Origin: Prorocentrum cordatum
Lineage: Eukaryota
Direction: 5' to 3'
Assembly (NCBI GenBank): GCA_963575745.1
Contig: CAUYUJ010000002.1
Coordinates: 1,984,001 to 2,048,000, forward strand
Length of the DNA: 64,000 nucleotides
Of this stretch, positions 24,828 through 37,073 are shown piece after piece. The first letter of the stretch is position 1, and each line of letters begins with the position of its first letter. A program made the position numbers and the translations under genes. The notes below the pieces were generated by a model. It worked only from the letters and a program-made list of their open reading frames with translations. It made no database searches and was not told the origin of the DNA.

Positions 24828-27572
24828 TCAGGGTTAGGGGTTCGGGGTTCGGATTAGAGCTTAGGATAAGGGGTTAGGGATTAGGGTCAGGGTTAGGGGT
24901 TAGGGATTAGGGTTTAGGGGTTAGGGGTTAGGGTTTGTTTTTAGGGCTAGGGTCAGGGATTCGGGTTAGGGCTAAGGGCTAGGGTTAGGCGTAAGGGGCA
25001 GGGTTCGGGTTTAGGGTTGGGGTTGGGGTTAGGGTGAGGGTATTCGGTGTTAGGGTTTAGGGTTGAGGTCAAGTTAGCCAGCTCGAGCGAGCCAGAGGGC
25101 TCCGTCCACTTCCACCCACTTTCCCACCACATAAGAAGCAAGTGCGTCGCGTCCGACGCCTGTCGCTCATGTTATATCGTGGGCGGGTAGACGTTCAGCG
25201 CGCGACGTGAGCTGCGTCCTACTCCTGCCGCGTAATGGGCAACGTCGACGATAAACAAGACCGCGCGCGATGTACGCCTCGCCCCGGTCTGGCCTCTCAT
25301 GTTGCATCGTCGGCGACAACATGTCCAGCGCGCGAAGTGCGCCGCGTCTGATTCCAGCCACGCGCGTTGCACCGCCAATCGCTTCGCTCCTGCCGCGCAT
25401 GGAGGAGGCGGAGGACGAGAAGGAGGAGGAGGAGGAGGAGGAAAAGGAGGGGAGGGAGAGAGGGACGGAGGGAGAAACTGAGGAGGAAGAGGAGGATGCC
25501 TGTTGGGAATTTGGAGGGCGTCCTGGGAGCTTTCATGCATGCGCCTGAGGGCATATTGGATATATCTTCCGGGTTGGATCATTGTCAACACAAATCGGCG
25601 CTAACTTCACAATCCTTCACATACCAACTGAAAATCGATAGTTGTGTGGCCCCCCCAGGACCTCCTGGACGCCTTTTTTTCCGACCTTCTCGGGGGTCTC
25701 CTGAGGCATGTGCCTGAACCGCACTTGCTTGAGGCATTATCATTTGCCGCCCGCCCAGCTCCTCAACCCGACGGGCCGCAGCGTCGACGACAAGAAAGTC
25801 CATGTTGACGAGCAGGCGTCCCCGCGTGATGTGCGCCGCGCCCCATTCCCGCTACGCGGTTCGCAGCGCCGACGAGGAGAAAGTACATGTTGTCAAGAAA
25901 AACGTCGATGTTGTTGTGTTTGTTGCCAGGTAGGAGGGGGGGTCCCGCGCAGGGTTGGCCAGCCGTCCGCGCGCGACGCGCGCCGCGCCCCATTCCTGCT
26001 ACACGTTTCGCAGCGGCGACGACAAGAAAGTCAATGTTGTAGAGAATCTCGTTGACTTGCATTGTTTTTGGATGGGTAGGACGCGACCACCCACTTAGGG
26101 TTACCCGAGCGATGTCCGTTCCATTCCTGCTACACTTTTCGCAGCGTCGACGACAAGAAAGTCCATGTTGTCGAGAAAAAAACGCTGGCTTTGTATTATT
26201 TTGATAGGTAGGACGCGACCACCCGCTTAGGGTTACCCGCGCGATTTTTATCCCGTCCGATCCGCGAAACAATTTTCTCAGCGTCGACCACATGTTGGCG
26301 GGAAAGAATGAGTTTGAATTGTATTTCACAGTAAGGACGGTGGGGTTGCTATCGGCCGGCTAGGTGGGGGTTTGTGGGTGCTTAATCATAAGAAGTAAGG
26401 ATAGGGGGTAGGGCGGGGGCTGGGTCTAGGGGTCAGGGCTCGGGTTTACGGCCGGGGTAAGGGTTAGTGTTAAGTGTTAGGTCGGGGTTAGAGGTAGGGG
26501 TTAGGGTTCGGGTAGGAGTTAGGGTTGGGATTATGGGATTAGGGTTGGGGTTAAAGTTTGAGGTTCGGGGTTGGGGTTTGGGTTCGGGTTAGGGGTGAGG
26601 GTTTAGGGCGGAGGTCAAGTTAGCCAGCTCGAGCAAGCCAGAGGGCTCCGTCCACCCCCACCCGCCCTCCCACAACATAATAAGCAAGTGCGTCGCGGCC
26701 GACGCCTTTCGCTCATTTTATATCCTGGGCGGCTAAACGTTCACCGCGCGACACGAGCGGCGTCCTTTTCCTGCCGCGCACTGAGCAACGTCGACGAGAA
26801 ACACGACCGCGCGCGATGTACGCGGCGCCCCGCTCCGGCCTCTCATGTTGCATCGTCGGCGGCAACATGTCCAGCGCGCGAAGTGCGCCGCGTCTCATTC
26901 CAGCCACGCGTGTTGTACCGTCAATCGTTTCGCCCCTGCCGCGCCTCGAGGTGGGGGAGGAGGAGGAGGAGGAGCGGAGGGAGAGAGGGATGGAGGGAGA
27001 AACTGAGGAGGAAGAGGAAAACGCCTCTCGGGAATTCGCGGGGCGTCCCATTCCCGCTACGCGATTCGCAGCGCCGACGAGGAGAAAATACATGTTGGCA
27101 AGAAAACGTCGACGTTGCGGTGTTTTGTTGACAGGTAGGACGGGGGGTCGTGCGCAAGGTTGGCCAGGCGTCCGCGCGCGATGTGCGCCGCGTTTCCCGT
27201 TACACTTGTCGCAGCGTCGACGACAAGAAACTCCATGTTGTCGAGAACAACGATGACCCTGTTTTGATTTTTGATGGGTAGGACGCGACCACCCGCTTAG
27301 ATTGATCCAAGCGATGTTCGTTCCGACTTACCCCTGCTACAAGTTTCGCAGCGTCGACGACATGCTGGCGAGAAAAAGTGCGAGGTTGTACTATTTTTTG
27401 TCAGTTGGGACGGCGGGGGTGCTATCGGCCGGCTACGTGGGGATGTGGGGGTGTTTAATCATAGGAAGTAATGATTGTTTAGGGTTAAGGTTGGGGCTAG
27501 GTTAACATTAGGGTTCGGTCCGGGTTAGGGTTTAGGGTATGGGGTTCGGGTTAGGGATTAAGGTGGGGGTTA
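24828..27572 (+). repeat. Composite array: degenerate TTAGGG blocks (24828-25065, 26400-26610, 27478-27572) alternating with repeat modules C (GTCAAGTTAGCCAGCTCGAGC...) and D (GCAGCGTCGACGACAAGAAAGTCCATGTTG...)
   Basis: Module C starts at 25068, 26614 and 43556. Module D starts at ~25640, 27040, 42103 and 44130, and each D is followed by a telomere-like block. Confidence 0.85.
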
Positions 27573-27581
27573 GTGTCAAAA

Positions 27582-28192
27582 CGCCCTCCCCGCCCGCAAG
27601 CCGTCTCGCTCACTCCCACTCGCCCTCCCAGCACATACGTAGCACCCGAGCCTGGCCCGATCCGCAGCATATGCAGCAATCGTTTTTGGATGGCCAGCTA
27701 CTGGGGGCCAATCCGCCGCCGCCGCCGCCCGCCGCCGCCGCCGCCAACGCCGCGCCGCCGCAGCCGCCGCCGCTGTCCGCCGCCGCCGCCGCCACAGCGC
27801 TGCCCGCCGCCGCCGCCGCCGCCCCCGCTGCCAAATCGCCGCAGCCGCTGCCGCCGCAGTCGCTGCCGCCACCGCTGCCGCCGCTGCCGCCGCCACCGCC
27901 GCCGCCGCCGCCGCCGCCCCCGCCGCCGCCGCCGCTCTCGCCGCCGCCACCCCCGCAGCCGCCGCCGCCGCCAAGTGAATTCTGTATTGTTTTTTCGAAA
28001 GGGATGGTGGGAGGAGGCCGCACCGGGCTCGCTGCGCATATTCCGAATTTGGAGACAGTGTGTTTGGTATTGTTTTTGTGCAAGGGATGGTGGGGGCAAA
28101 GTGTGTGTTTTGCATTCATGTTTTACAAGGAATGGTGGGGGGGGCCCGCATGGACCTGGGTTGGCTCCCAGTCGCCTGGGGGACGGGGTGTA
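27582..28192 (+). repeat. Family B element with a (GCC)n interior
   Basis: Same 5' and 3' segments as 131-955, but the interior is a GCC microsatellite. Confidence 0.8.
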
Positions 28193-28239
28193 TTGGAGAG
28201 GCCTGACGGCCGGTGCCGCCGACCCTGATCGAATGGGGT

Positions 28240-28706
28240 TAGGAGGAGGCTGAGGAGGAGGAGGAGGAGGAGGAGCAGGAGGAGGAGGAGGAGGAAGAAG
28301 ATGAGGAGGAGGAGGAGGAAGAGGAGGAGGAGGAGGAGGCGGAGGAGGAGGAGAAGAGGAGAGAAGAGGAAGAGTAGGAGGGAGGAGGAGGATGAGGAGG
28401 AGGAAGAGGAGGAGGAGGAGCAGGAGGAGGAGGAGGAGGAGGCGGAAGTAGAGGAGGAACAGGAGGAGGAGGAGGAGGAGGAAGAGAAGAGGAAAAGGAA
28501 GGAATCAGTGAAATAATAAAAGGAGGATTTGGAGGTGGAGGAGGAAGAGGAGGAGGAAGAGAAGGAGGAGGAGGAGGAGGAGGAGGAGGAGGAACAAGGT
28601 GAGGAGGAGAAAGGAGGAGGAAGAGGAGGAGGAGGAGGTGAGAACGAGCAAGAGTAGAAAAAGAGGACAAGGATGATGATGATGCTGATGCTGATGCTGA
28701 TGCTGC

Positions 28707-28749
<43 letters not shown>
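28240..28749. repeat. (GAG)n followed by (GAT)n microsatellite
   Basis: Seen directly. The GAT tract abuts the 3' end of the LINE. Confidence 0.95.
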
Positions 28750-29506
28750 CCACGCATCCAAGAAGGTCTGGAGCTCCCCGCTCGATACAGCCTCCCGAGG
28801 CCATGGCCTTTCCCTCTGGCGCTGCGGACGCAAGGCCTGACCCGTGCCCAAGGCACACTCGCAGACTCGCCTGAAAGCCTTGAGGCCGCCGACCGCCCCA
28901 GCCAAAGGCAGGCGATCAGCAAAGCATCTGAGCCCTCACGGCAACTCAGCTCGCAGACAGCTCAGCGCGCCACATCAGAGCAACAGTCTCCTGGGCACCA
29001 GGCCACAGACGGAGACGACTTGCTCTGAGGTGGCCTTCGGAGGCGATCCTGACGGTCGGCCGTAGCCTACCACCACGGTTCGGCCTCCGCCTGGCGCGCA
29101 CAGAGCACAGAGCGGGCTGGAGCGCAGCAAGCTGCGCGGGCTGCCGCGCCCAAGGCGCGCCAGCAGCTACATTAAGACGGAGGCGCCGAAGGCGCCAAGC
29201 GACAAACGTTGCCCAAGAGGGCGGGAGGGAGTGAACCCTGACGTGTGCCGAGCCCCACGGGGTACAGCCTACGCCGCGGGGTCCCTCCCCCCCCAGAGGT
29301 AGCGGCTCGGCGCAGGCATTCGTGATCCTTGGACCCGCCTGCGACCCGAGCTGATCAGAATGCTGGCTCGATCGGAGGCAACCATGGCGGTGTGCGAACC
29401 TACCGCCACGGTCCAGCCTCCGACTGGCTGCACAAGCAGAGCATGCCAACACGTCTGTTCGCGTGATGGCAGACAGAGCGAGGCGGCAAGCGTGGCAAGA
29501 AAGAGC

Positions 29507-32500
29507 CTAGCCACCATCGACACGCCTGCGCATGCGCCGCAGCGGCTCAGGGTCGCCGATGCCGCCCGCCCCAGCGGGCTGCAGGCCGCGCTTCAGCCTG
29601 CTGAGCACCGCCTTCTGCCTATCGTTCTTGGGGGCCTTCGTGCACTTCGCTGCCAAGCCCGCCATCCTGCGGCTCTGCGTCCAGTAACCGCACTTCACGC
29701 AGAAGAGGTGGCTACCAGCCCGCCACAGGTCGTGGGAGCCGTGGGCGTCCAATCCCCACCAAGGCGGGAGCTGCGGCGGCGGCAGCGGCGGGGTCCCGCC
29801 ACCGGTCCCAGAAGAACCCCCCGACGACGGTGGGCTACCCCGCTGGCCGCCGCCAGGCGCGCCGCTGCCAACTCGCCCTGCACTCGCCTCGTCTCCTTCC
29901 ACCTGTGTTGGTGCCTCGCTGGCCTGACTGTGAGACAGCAGCGCCGCGCCCGCCGTGATGAGCGCCGCGGCTGCAGCGACCGATCCGCCTCTGCTCTCGG
30001 CCCCTGAGGCCCAGGAGCCCGCGAGCGCGTCGCCCCTGCCCGCGCGCCGCTGGCAGGCCCAGACCGTGTCGCCGTCGACGTCCAGCCACGTCCCGTGCCG
30101 CCCGCACGTGCGCTGCGGGCAGTCTGGGAAACTGCAGTGAGCTCGCCATCGCATCTTGCAGCCGCGCCAATCGCACCGAATTGCTCCCAGGCCTGGGCCC
30201 TCGTGCCCGTCCGCTGCCGTGAGCTCGGCGTCGCCTTCCTGCATCGCCGAACCCAGCCAGCAGAAGACCTTCTTGACGAGGCGATCCTGCCTGCGGCTCC
30301 TTTCCCGCGCGTCGTCGTCGCTGGGATGCATCTGCGCGCCCTGCACGGCGCGGGCATCGGCGCTGTGATTGCCCCGCCGCTGCCAGGCCGTGACGCGCTC
30401 CGCCTGCACGTCCGCCAGCGTGGCGTGAGCCTTCACCTTGTGGATGGTGACGCTGCCGACCCCTACGTCGTCGAGGGCCGCCCAGAACCGCGCCCAAAGC
30501 TCGCGGCAAGGCCGCTGCCACTGCAGGCACCACGCCCTGCCCGCCGCGAAGCCGTCCACGAGCAGCTTGCAGTCAGTGAAGATCCGCACAGGTGGTAGGC
30601 AGCTCTGGATGCCCTCGATGGCCGCCACCAGCTCCGCTGCCCCTGATTCTTGGGGGTACGGCCAGGGGAGCGGGCCGAAGAGGCTGACTGCCTCGCTGTC
30701 GGGTCCCATGACGACGACCGCCCAGCCGCCGCGCGCCGAGACGAGGCTGGGGTCCAGAACGCCCCCGTCCGTGAAGAGGTCGCCCGAGAGCGGCTGCCCC
30801 ACCAAGTCGGCATGGCCCTCCTTCCGCGCCTCCCTGGCGTCGGTGGGCGGTGGCAGGGTCCTTCGGTGCTCGGGTGCAAGAGCGCGGGACCAGAGCGGGT
30901 CCTCGTCTCCCTCGATGCTAGCCATACCGACGATGGTGCGAAAGGGGATGTCGCCAGGGGGGCACCGCTCGCCCGCCTCCTCGTTGGAGATCCACTCGCC
31001 GCGGCTGACCTCGGTGGCTGGGCACTGCCACGCCAGGTGCCGCGCTGCGCCGTGCGCAGGGCATCCCCTGGGGCACCAAGGAGAGGAGGCCAATGGGCGT
31101 TCCTCAAAGAACCGCCGCGCCACTGGCCAGAGACATCCGACCAGCGCGTCCTTGGCCGAGCTCATCTGCTTGGCCTTCTGCTTGCTCATGCGCTTTCGTG
31201 CCAATGTGCGCCTGATACTGGACAGGGCGCCTCCATCACGCAGGTGCTCCAGTCCTGGGTGCTTGCTCGCTGCCCGCCACAGCGCCCTCTCGTGGCCATC
31301 GGCGATGTGCTTGGCGAGCGTGGAGGCCCCCAGGGTCCGTAGGTCCAGCGGCTGCTGCTTGTCGTTGGTGAGCAGCCCTGGCAGTGTGGCGGCCCAGCCC
31401 AGGCGGTGGCAGGCTAACACGCACGCAGCAGCTGGCCCGCGTCCAGCCAACGCCTCAGGCCCGCCTCTGGCCAGCAGCGCCCTAGCCCCTGCGAGAGCGC
31501 TGCCCAGGGCCCTCAGGTCCCTGCTGTCCGAGTTGAACTGCACCGCCTTGGCCCATGCGATAATGGGCAGCGCCACGTGGTCGTACAGCGGGTCGCAGTG
31601 CAGGCGCTTGCTGAGGAGGAAACTGAGGCTGAGGCTCTTGCCTGGGCCGTGCCCATGGTGGACGGCGTTGACCTGGCTCCTCCACTTGTTGAGCTGCGAC
31701 GTCGGCCAACCCACCACACTCAGCCCATAGCGAGTGGCAGGCCGCAGACCAGTGTTCGCCACTCGAGCTGCTGCTGGGGTCTCCTGCGAGCGGATGGCGC
31801 GCAACCTCTGCAACTGGGATGCCGCCTTCGTGTGCCGCTTCTCGAGGACCACGAACGCTTGGCCGTCGAGGCAGTAGTCGACCCCCAGGTTCTTGACCGA
31901 GCCGGCGATGGGAAAGGCGATGCCTCCCATTAGCTTGGCGACCAGTGATGCCAGCTCTGGCGAGCTGGCCAGCAGCTCGCTCTTTGCTGCTGAGACCTTG
32001 CAGCCTAGGGCCTCCAGCTGTGAGATGACCGCCTTCGTCGCCTGGGCCACATAGGCTGCGACCTGTGCCATCGGTCCGTGGCACCCGACGCAGCAGTCGT
32101 CGAACATGATGGCGAGGGTGACTCTGGGCTCGAGCGCCCGCCACAGCCGCGCATGCTCGTCCGCGAGCACCAACAGGCCGCACTTGAGGAGCCGACCCGC
32201 ATGCGATCACCCCGCGATGAGTCCCGCATCCAGCAGGTAGGCCTCGGATACGCTACCGTCAAGCATGAAGCGGCGCTCCCCCGCGTACAGGGCGAGGGCC
32301 ATACCCAGCAGGCCCCGAGGGTAGCCAGCCAGGACGCCTCGGCCCTGGATGATGGCCAGGTCCACGAGCTCGTAGGCCTTCCATAGGTCGATGAGTGCCG
32401 CTGCTGCTCCTTCTCCGCGTGCGTGCGTGGCTTCTGCGCGCAGGGCCTGCCACCAGACTGCCTCTTCGGCCGCTCGGCCGCGCCCCCCCCAGAAGGCGCC

Positions 32501-35500
32501 TGCGACGCCAGGGTCAATCTGCGAGCCCCAGCGCCGCGCCACGGGCTGACGGACTCGGCTCCAAAGGCGCGGGAGCCAGCCCAGCAGCCCAATGGGCCGA
32601 AACCCGCCCTGGGGCTTCGGAAGCATGACCACGAGCGAGTCCGTTATGACGTCGGGCCAGCCGCCGATCTCCTCACACTTCATCCCGAAGTCAACGACTG
32701 CCTCCAGAAGCTCGTCGCTGAGGTCCGCGGCCTTCCGCGGGTTGAGGCGGTCGCTGCCGACGCCAGTGCCGCGCCTGAAGGTCCTGGCGGCCGCGCGCAG
32801 CTCATCGGCTGAGGGCCTGGGGAGGGCCTCGCCGCCAGGCGCGGGAGCTGCGGCCGAAACCTATCGCGGTCTCGCCTGACCCGCCAGACCTCTGTTGACC
32901 ATTGCTTCGCCACAAGCTTCACTCGGTCTGGGGCATGGGCTGGGGCCCCGTTGTACTCGTCGTCGGGGGCCCATCCCCTGGGCCCGCGCCGATAGGCGTG
33001 GAGCCCGCCTGCGCCTTCAGCCATGGAGTGGCGGATCCACTCCTTGAAGCCCTGGCCACGAATGACGGCGAAGGCTGCTCCATCGGCCTCCGCCTCGGCC
33101 CTGGCCTCAGCGGCCCAGTCGGCCAAGGGGAGCAGGCTGGGGCACTCGGCAGCCAGGGCTACCCGTGCTGCCCACTGGGCTCCGAGGGGAAGGCCCACCG
33201 TGGACGGGGGCTTGGGCGCCCTGCTGCTCGCTTGCGCTGCTCCGTCGCCGTTGCTGCTGACGTCGCCGTCGGAGCTGCAGTCGCTGCCCCCGCGCCTGCC
33301 GCCGTGGTACCGCATGAACTGCTTGACGCCCTGCAGGTAGCAGTAGTGCTCGTCGTCGGCGATGGCCCAGGCGTCGGGGTCGCTGTCCTCCAACTCGCGG
33401 ACCTCGCGCGCGTACCTGTTGCGCACGCCCTCGGAGGCCTGCCAACTGTCCTCGCACATGTCAACTGCCCGAGCCCAGCGGGCTGCCGCTCGCTCGCCAA
33501 ACGGCCGAGCCGAGCTGGCTCGAGGGGGCGGGGGTGGGATCGCGCTGATACCCTCCGCTGATGCGGCCCCCCTTCCCGCCCCCGACGCCGACGCATCGCT
33601 GACGCCTTCTCCAGTGGCCCTCGCTCTGCTGGCCTCCGCTGCCGCTGCGAGGCTCGCAAAGGAGTTAACTTGGGGCTGGGGTGGGATCGCGCTGACCCCG
33701 TCCGCAGATGCGGCTCCCAACCCAGCCCCGTCAGACTGGCCCTCTGCGACGCCGACCTGCTCGCCCTCGTCGCCATTGCCACCCTCGTACTGGCTGAGGC
33801 GCTCGTAGGCGTAGTGCGTGCAGGGGCCCATCCACTCTGCCTTGTCCTGCTGCACGTCGGGGGCGCGCAGGCGCGGCAGCCAGCCGTTGGCCAGTCGCGC
33901 CAGTGTGCGCCTGACGCCTGCATCACCCACCTCGATGGCACTCCACCCCCCCGCGTCCACTGGGCAGGATGCCAGCCTGCAAAGCACTGGAGGTAGGGGA
34001 GCGACGTCGCCTATGCCTTTCTCCGTCTCGGCATGGCCGTGGACGATGGGCGCGCCTGGGAGGGGCTTGCTGTAGTCACCCCGCTCCTCCAGCCAGCGCC
34101 TGGACTCGTGGTAGCTGTCCGCCGCCCTGCGCAGCTCCTCCTCCCAGCAGTCGTGGTCGAGAAGGCCGAGCTTCTGAAGAATGCGCACCAGCTCCTGTCT
34201 GCCTGCGCCGCCGCGACGCCAGGCAGACTCGCATACTTCCCTGGCAGTCTGCAGGCGACGCCCAAAGTTCTGGGCCAGGCCCGTCGCAATGTGCGTCGGC
34301 AGCCCTAGCATGCGAAAGATGTAAGGCACGCAATTTTCCAACCACTCGTTCTCGTCCGCGTAGTGGTCGGGGTTGCTGGGGTTGGAGACCCACCCGCGGG
34401 CACGGCGCCCGAGCACCCGCTTGTAGCGCTTGATTGCCCTGGCCTCCATCCGCCCCGCCGCCCGCTCGTCGTTGTCCAGTTGGCACTGGGCGAGCCCTGC
34501 CGAAGAAACGGCATCCGAGCCTCCGCCGACGAGCTGATGGATCTGCGTGAAATAGTCGCTCAGATGCATGAGCTTCTTGCCCTGGTAGCTGGCCTTGGGC
34601 CCCTTGATGGGGCGCGCCCTGGCCTGCGTGCCGAAGCTGAAGCTCGGCGGGCCCCCGCGGCCACGATGCAAACTGGCGTCATCGGGCGGGATCTGGTAGA
34701 TCCAGACGAGCTCGTTCTCCACTCCCTCGCATAGGGCGCGGTAGACCTCCGTCATGGCCTGCATGTCCCCCCCCCACTCCGATAGCGTCCCGCAACTCGT
34801 CGTGGTTCCACTCCTTGGCTGGCATAGGCCCATATGGCCTGTCCTTGGGAAAGGCTGCGGGGCCCTTGACGCGGAATGACTGGCCAAGGTCGCCCTGACA
34901 AGCCAAGTAGAGCTTGACCCCGATGTGGGGCCTGCACGGGTTGGCGTAGCCCTGCTCCGTCATATTGAGGCGCTCGCACCCGCTGACGAGGTCCAGCATA
35001 TCTGCACTGACGATGAACCAATCGAGCTCAGATGGCTCCTTGACGGGGGAGTGCTGGCAGGTGCCCTTGCCCGAGTCGACGACGTGGCCGCCCAGCTTGC
35101 GCAGCCAGTGCCCCGCGCGGAGGTGGAACCTGTCAGGCTCGACGTTCCAGTCCCCCGCCAGGACCCAGGGCTTGCCATTGCACTTCAGCGCGGCTCCTAC
35201 CTGCTGCAAGACGCCCTGGCTGTGCTCGCCCACGTCGTCGTTGTCCAGGTAGACCGAGCCCAGCAGGAAGCCTCCAGGCACGACGCCATTGATGTGCACG
35301 ATGGTCGCGCGGCCCTCGGCCGCGTGGCAGCTGTCCTTGCTGCCGCCCGCGCCTGGCCCGCACATGCCACGCGAGGTGCGCACGGCCACGACAGTGCCGC
35401 TGCTGACGGCGCGCTGGAGGCTTGCGCCGACCGAGCTCACCCCTGGGGTCAGCACGGCGCCCCAGCCAACCTGACGACACCACTGCTCCTGCTCCACGGC

Positions 35501-35650
35501 GCGGTAGCCGTTGAGGTGGTGCTCCTGGATGCACAGTGCGTCGCCGAGGTGCGCCTCCGCCACCGCCTGCTGTTGTGGGCCCTGCTGCTCGCCGAGGATG
35601 GTGGTGAAAGGGCCCCATCCACTGCCGTTGAGGCTCACGATGGTGAAGTG
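29507..35650 (-). pseudogene. LINE ORF2 (APE endonuclease, RT, RNase H, C-terminal zinc motifs) with frameshifts at ~34770 and ~32850 and a TGA at 32207
   Basis: Endonuclease SLNG, CIQEHH, LAGDWN, LDWFIV, RPH. RT PKPQGGFRPIGLL, IDLWKAYE, IAG*S, MFDD. RNase H FTDGG, AAEL, FTDCK, KVKAH, GNHSAD. C-terminal HLFCVKCG. Stop at 29507. Confidence 0.92.
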
Positions 35651-36863
35651 AGGGCGGCAACCCCCGCTTCCCCCTTCTGCGGATCCCCGCGGAGCGGAGT
35701 CCTTGGAGGAGCTTCTGGGCACGAAGCTTGCGCATGGCGGCGGCTGCGGCGGCCTTGCCTGCAGCGTCGCCTGCCTCCTCGCCGTTGCCCACCTCGCCCG
35801 ACACGGCCTCTGCTGCCCCCTCCTCGGTGGCCTCTTCCTCCAGGGAGTCCAAGATGACGTCGACGTCCTTCTCGTCGATCTCCTGCTCGTCGCCGCTCCC
35901 GTCACGCTCCGCCGCGGCACCTGCTGCGGCAACGCGCTGTGCCAAACGCCGCAACTCTGCGACTTGGCCGTCCCATTGCTCAGCGAAGCCAGGGGCGAGC
36001 ATGCCTGAGCACTGATTAAGAGCGGCGAGGAAAGCGGTGGCTCGCTCACCCTCGCTGAGCTGGGCGCCTGGGGACGCTGGGGCAGCCGTCCCTCGCGGCC
36101 CTTCCTCCCGCTGCTGTGCTTCACGCTCGCGGAGCTGTTGCGCCAGGAGGTTGTCGATGAGCGCCTGGAGCTCCTTCTCGCCGGCCTGACTCTGCGCATG
36201 TTTGCCCTCCAGCTCGAGCTTGTGGGCCTGTAGTTCAGCGAGCTGCTTGTCCGCCGCCGAGATCCTGCTCGCCAAGGCCGCCGTGGTGGCCTCCTGGTTC
36301 TTCTGCTTGCGCTCCAACTCACTGAGCTGGACTGATGTGGGCTTGGTTGCTGCCAGCTCGTTTTCCAACTGCTGCGCCTCCTGCCGTTTGGATTCGAGAA
36401 TGGCCTCCGTGCCGTCCACGCCCTCGATCTTCTTGATCTCACTTCGTAGCTTGCCCAATCGGCGGACACGTTCTGACTTGTCGTCAGGCTGCGACCCAAC
36501 GCCTGCCGCCCCAGCGCCACCGCCATCGACTCCTGGTCCTGCTTGGCTGCTGGTCTCCAACTTTTTGACCTTCCTCCGCAACTGGTTGAGCTCGTGGCGT
36601 TCTCTGGCGTCCAGTTGTGACATGCCACTCCACCAAGAACTCGTACCAGAGCCGCTTTCCCACCAGTCGTAGCCGCAACTCCTGCAGACATGCCGAGAGC
36701 CCCAATTCTTCTTGGCTCCGCACTGAGGGCAATCCCAGACCCTGGGCGCTGCACCGCTGCCGCCCGCGCCTGGAGCTTGGCCGCCCCGCTGTCCACGGCC
36801 ACTACTGGCTCTGCCGCCGCCACCTCGCGCGGCACCTCGAGCACCACCTCCTCGTCCTGCCAT
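35133..36863 (-). CDS. LINE ORF1-like protein: RGG-rich N terminus, RanBP2-type zinc finger, coiled coil
   Basis: MAGRGGGARG..., WDCPQCGAKKNWGSRHVCRSCG, then a long E/K/Q/L-rich heptad region. The open frame overlaps the start of ORF2, so the functional end is uncertain (~35660). Confidence 0.75.
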   Translation of the reverse strand: MAGRGGGARGAARGGGGRASSGRGQRGGQAPGAGGSGAAPRVWDCPQCGAKKNWGSRHVCRSCGYDWWESGSGTSSWWSGMSQLDARERHELNQLRRKVKKLETSSQAGPGVDGGGAGAAGVGSQPDDKSERVRRLGKLRSEIKKIEGVDGTEAILESKRQEAQQLENELAATKPTSVQLSELERKQKNQEATTAALASRISAADKQLAELQAHKLELEGKHAQSQAGEKELQALIDNLLAQQLREREAQQREEGPRGTAAPASPGAQLSEGERATAFLAALNQCSGMLAPGFAEQWDGQVAELRRLAQRVAAAGAAAERDGSGDEQEIDEKDVDVILDSLEEEATEEGAAEAVSGEVGNGEEAGDAAGKAAAAAAMRKLRAQKLLQGLRSAGIRRRGKRGLPPSLHHREPQRQWMGPFHHHPRRAAGPTTAGGGGGAPRRRTVHPGAPPQRLPRRGAGAVVSSGWLGRRADPRGELGRRKPPARRQQRHCRGRAHLAWHVRARRGRQQGQLPRGRGPRDHRAHQWRRAWRLPAGLGLPGQRRRGRAQPGRLAAGRSRAEVQWQALGPGGGLERRA

Positions 36864-37051
36864 TGGTCGAGCCCGCCGCGGCTGGGCTCCCAATCGGGCG
36901 ACTGGGGCCGGGTGTCGGTGATGTAATATGGAAAGAGCTGTGGCCCCAAGGGCCACACTGAAAGCTTGGAAGATTGTGAAACTGACCCAAGAATGGACGC
37001 GACGGCTAGAGCCAGCCTCATGAGACCAGACATCTGCCCTGATCGCGCCAC

Positions 37052-37070
37052 CTTGAGCCAAAATGGCTAC

Positions 37071-37073
<3 letters not shown>
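37052..37073 (-). other. Dinoflagellate spliced leader, perfect 22-mer
   Basis: Reverse complement reads TCCGTAGCCATTTTGGCTCAAG, matching DCCGTAGCCATTTTGGCTCAAG. Confidence 0.97.

Larger units (their letters stand above)
28750..37073 (-). mobile_element. Full-length non-LTR (LINE) retrotransposon with a 5' DinoSL, ORF1 and APE-RT-RNase H ORF2
   Basis: Starts at a perfect DinoSL and ends in (ATC)n. Domain motifs are in the expected order with few lesions. Confidence 0.92.

Noticed and set aside
24828..25065. True telomere
   Set aside because: The block is short, degenerate, internal and repeated as a module.
30438..31730. Plus-strand 430-aa ORF and similar antisense ORFs over the retroelements
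   Set aside because: These are shadow frames of GC-rich coding sequence on the opposite strand.
32207..32209. Stop-codon reassignment or selenocysteine (in-frame TGA at 32207 and 10322, TAG at 4613)
   Set aside because: The same elements carry frameshifts, so ordinary pseudogenisation explains the stops.
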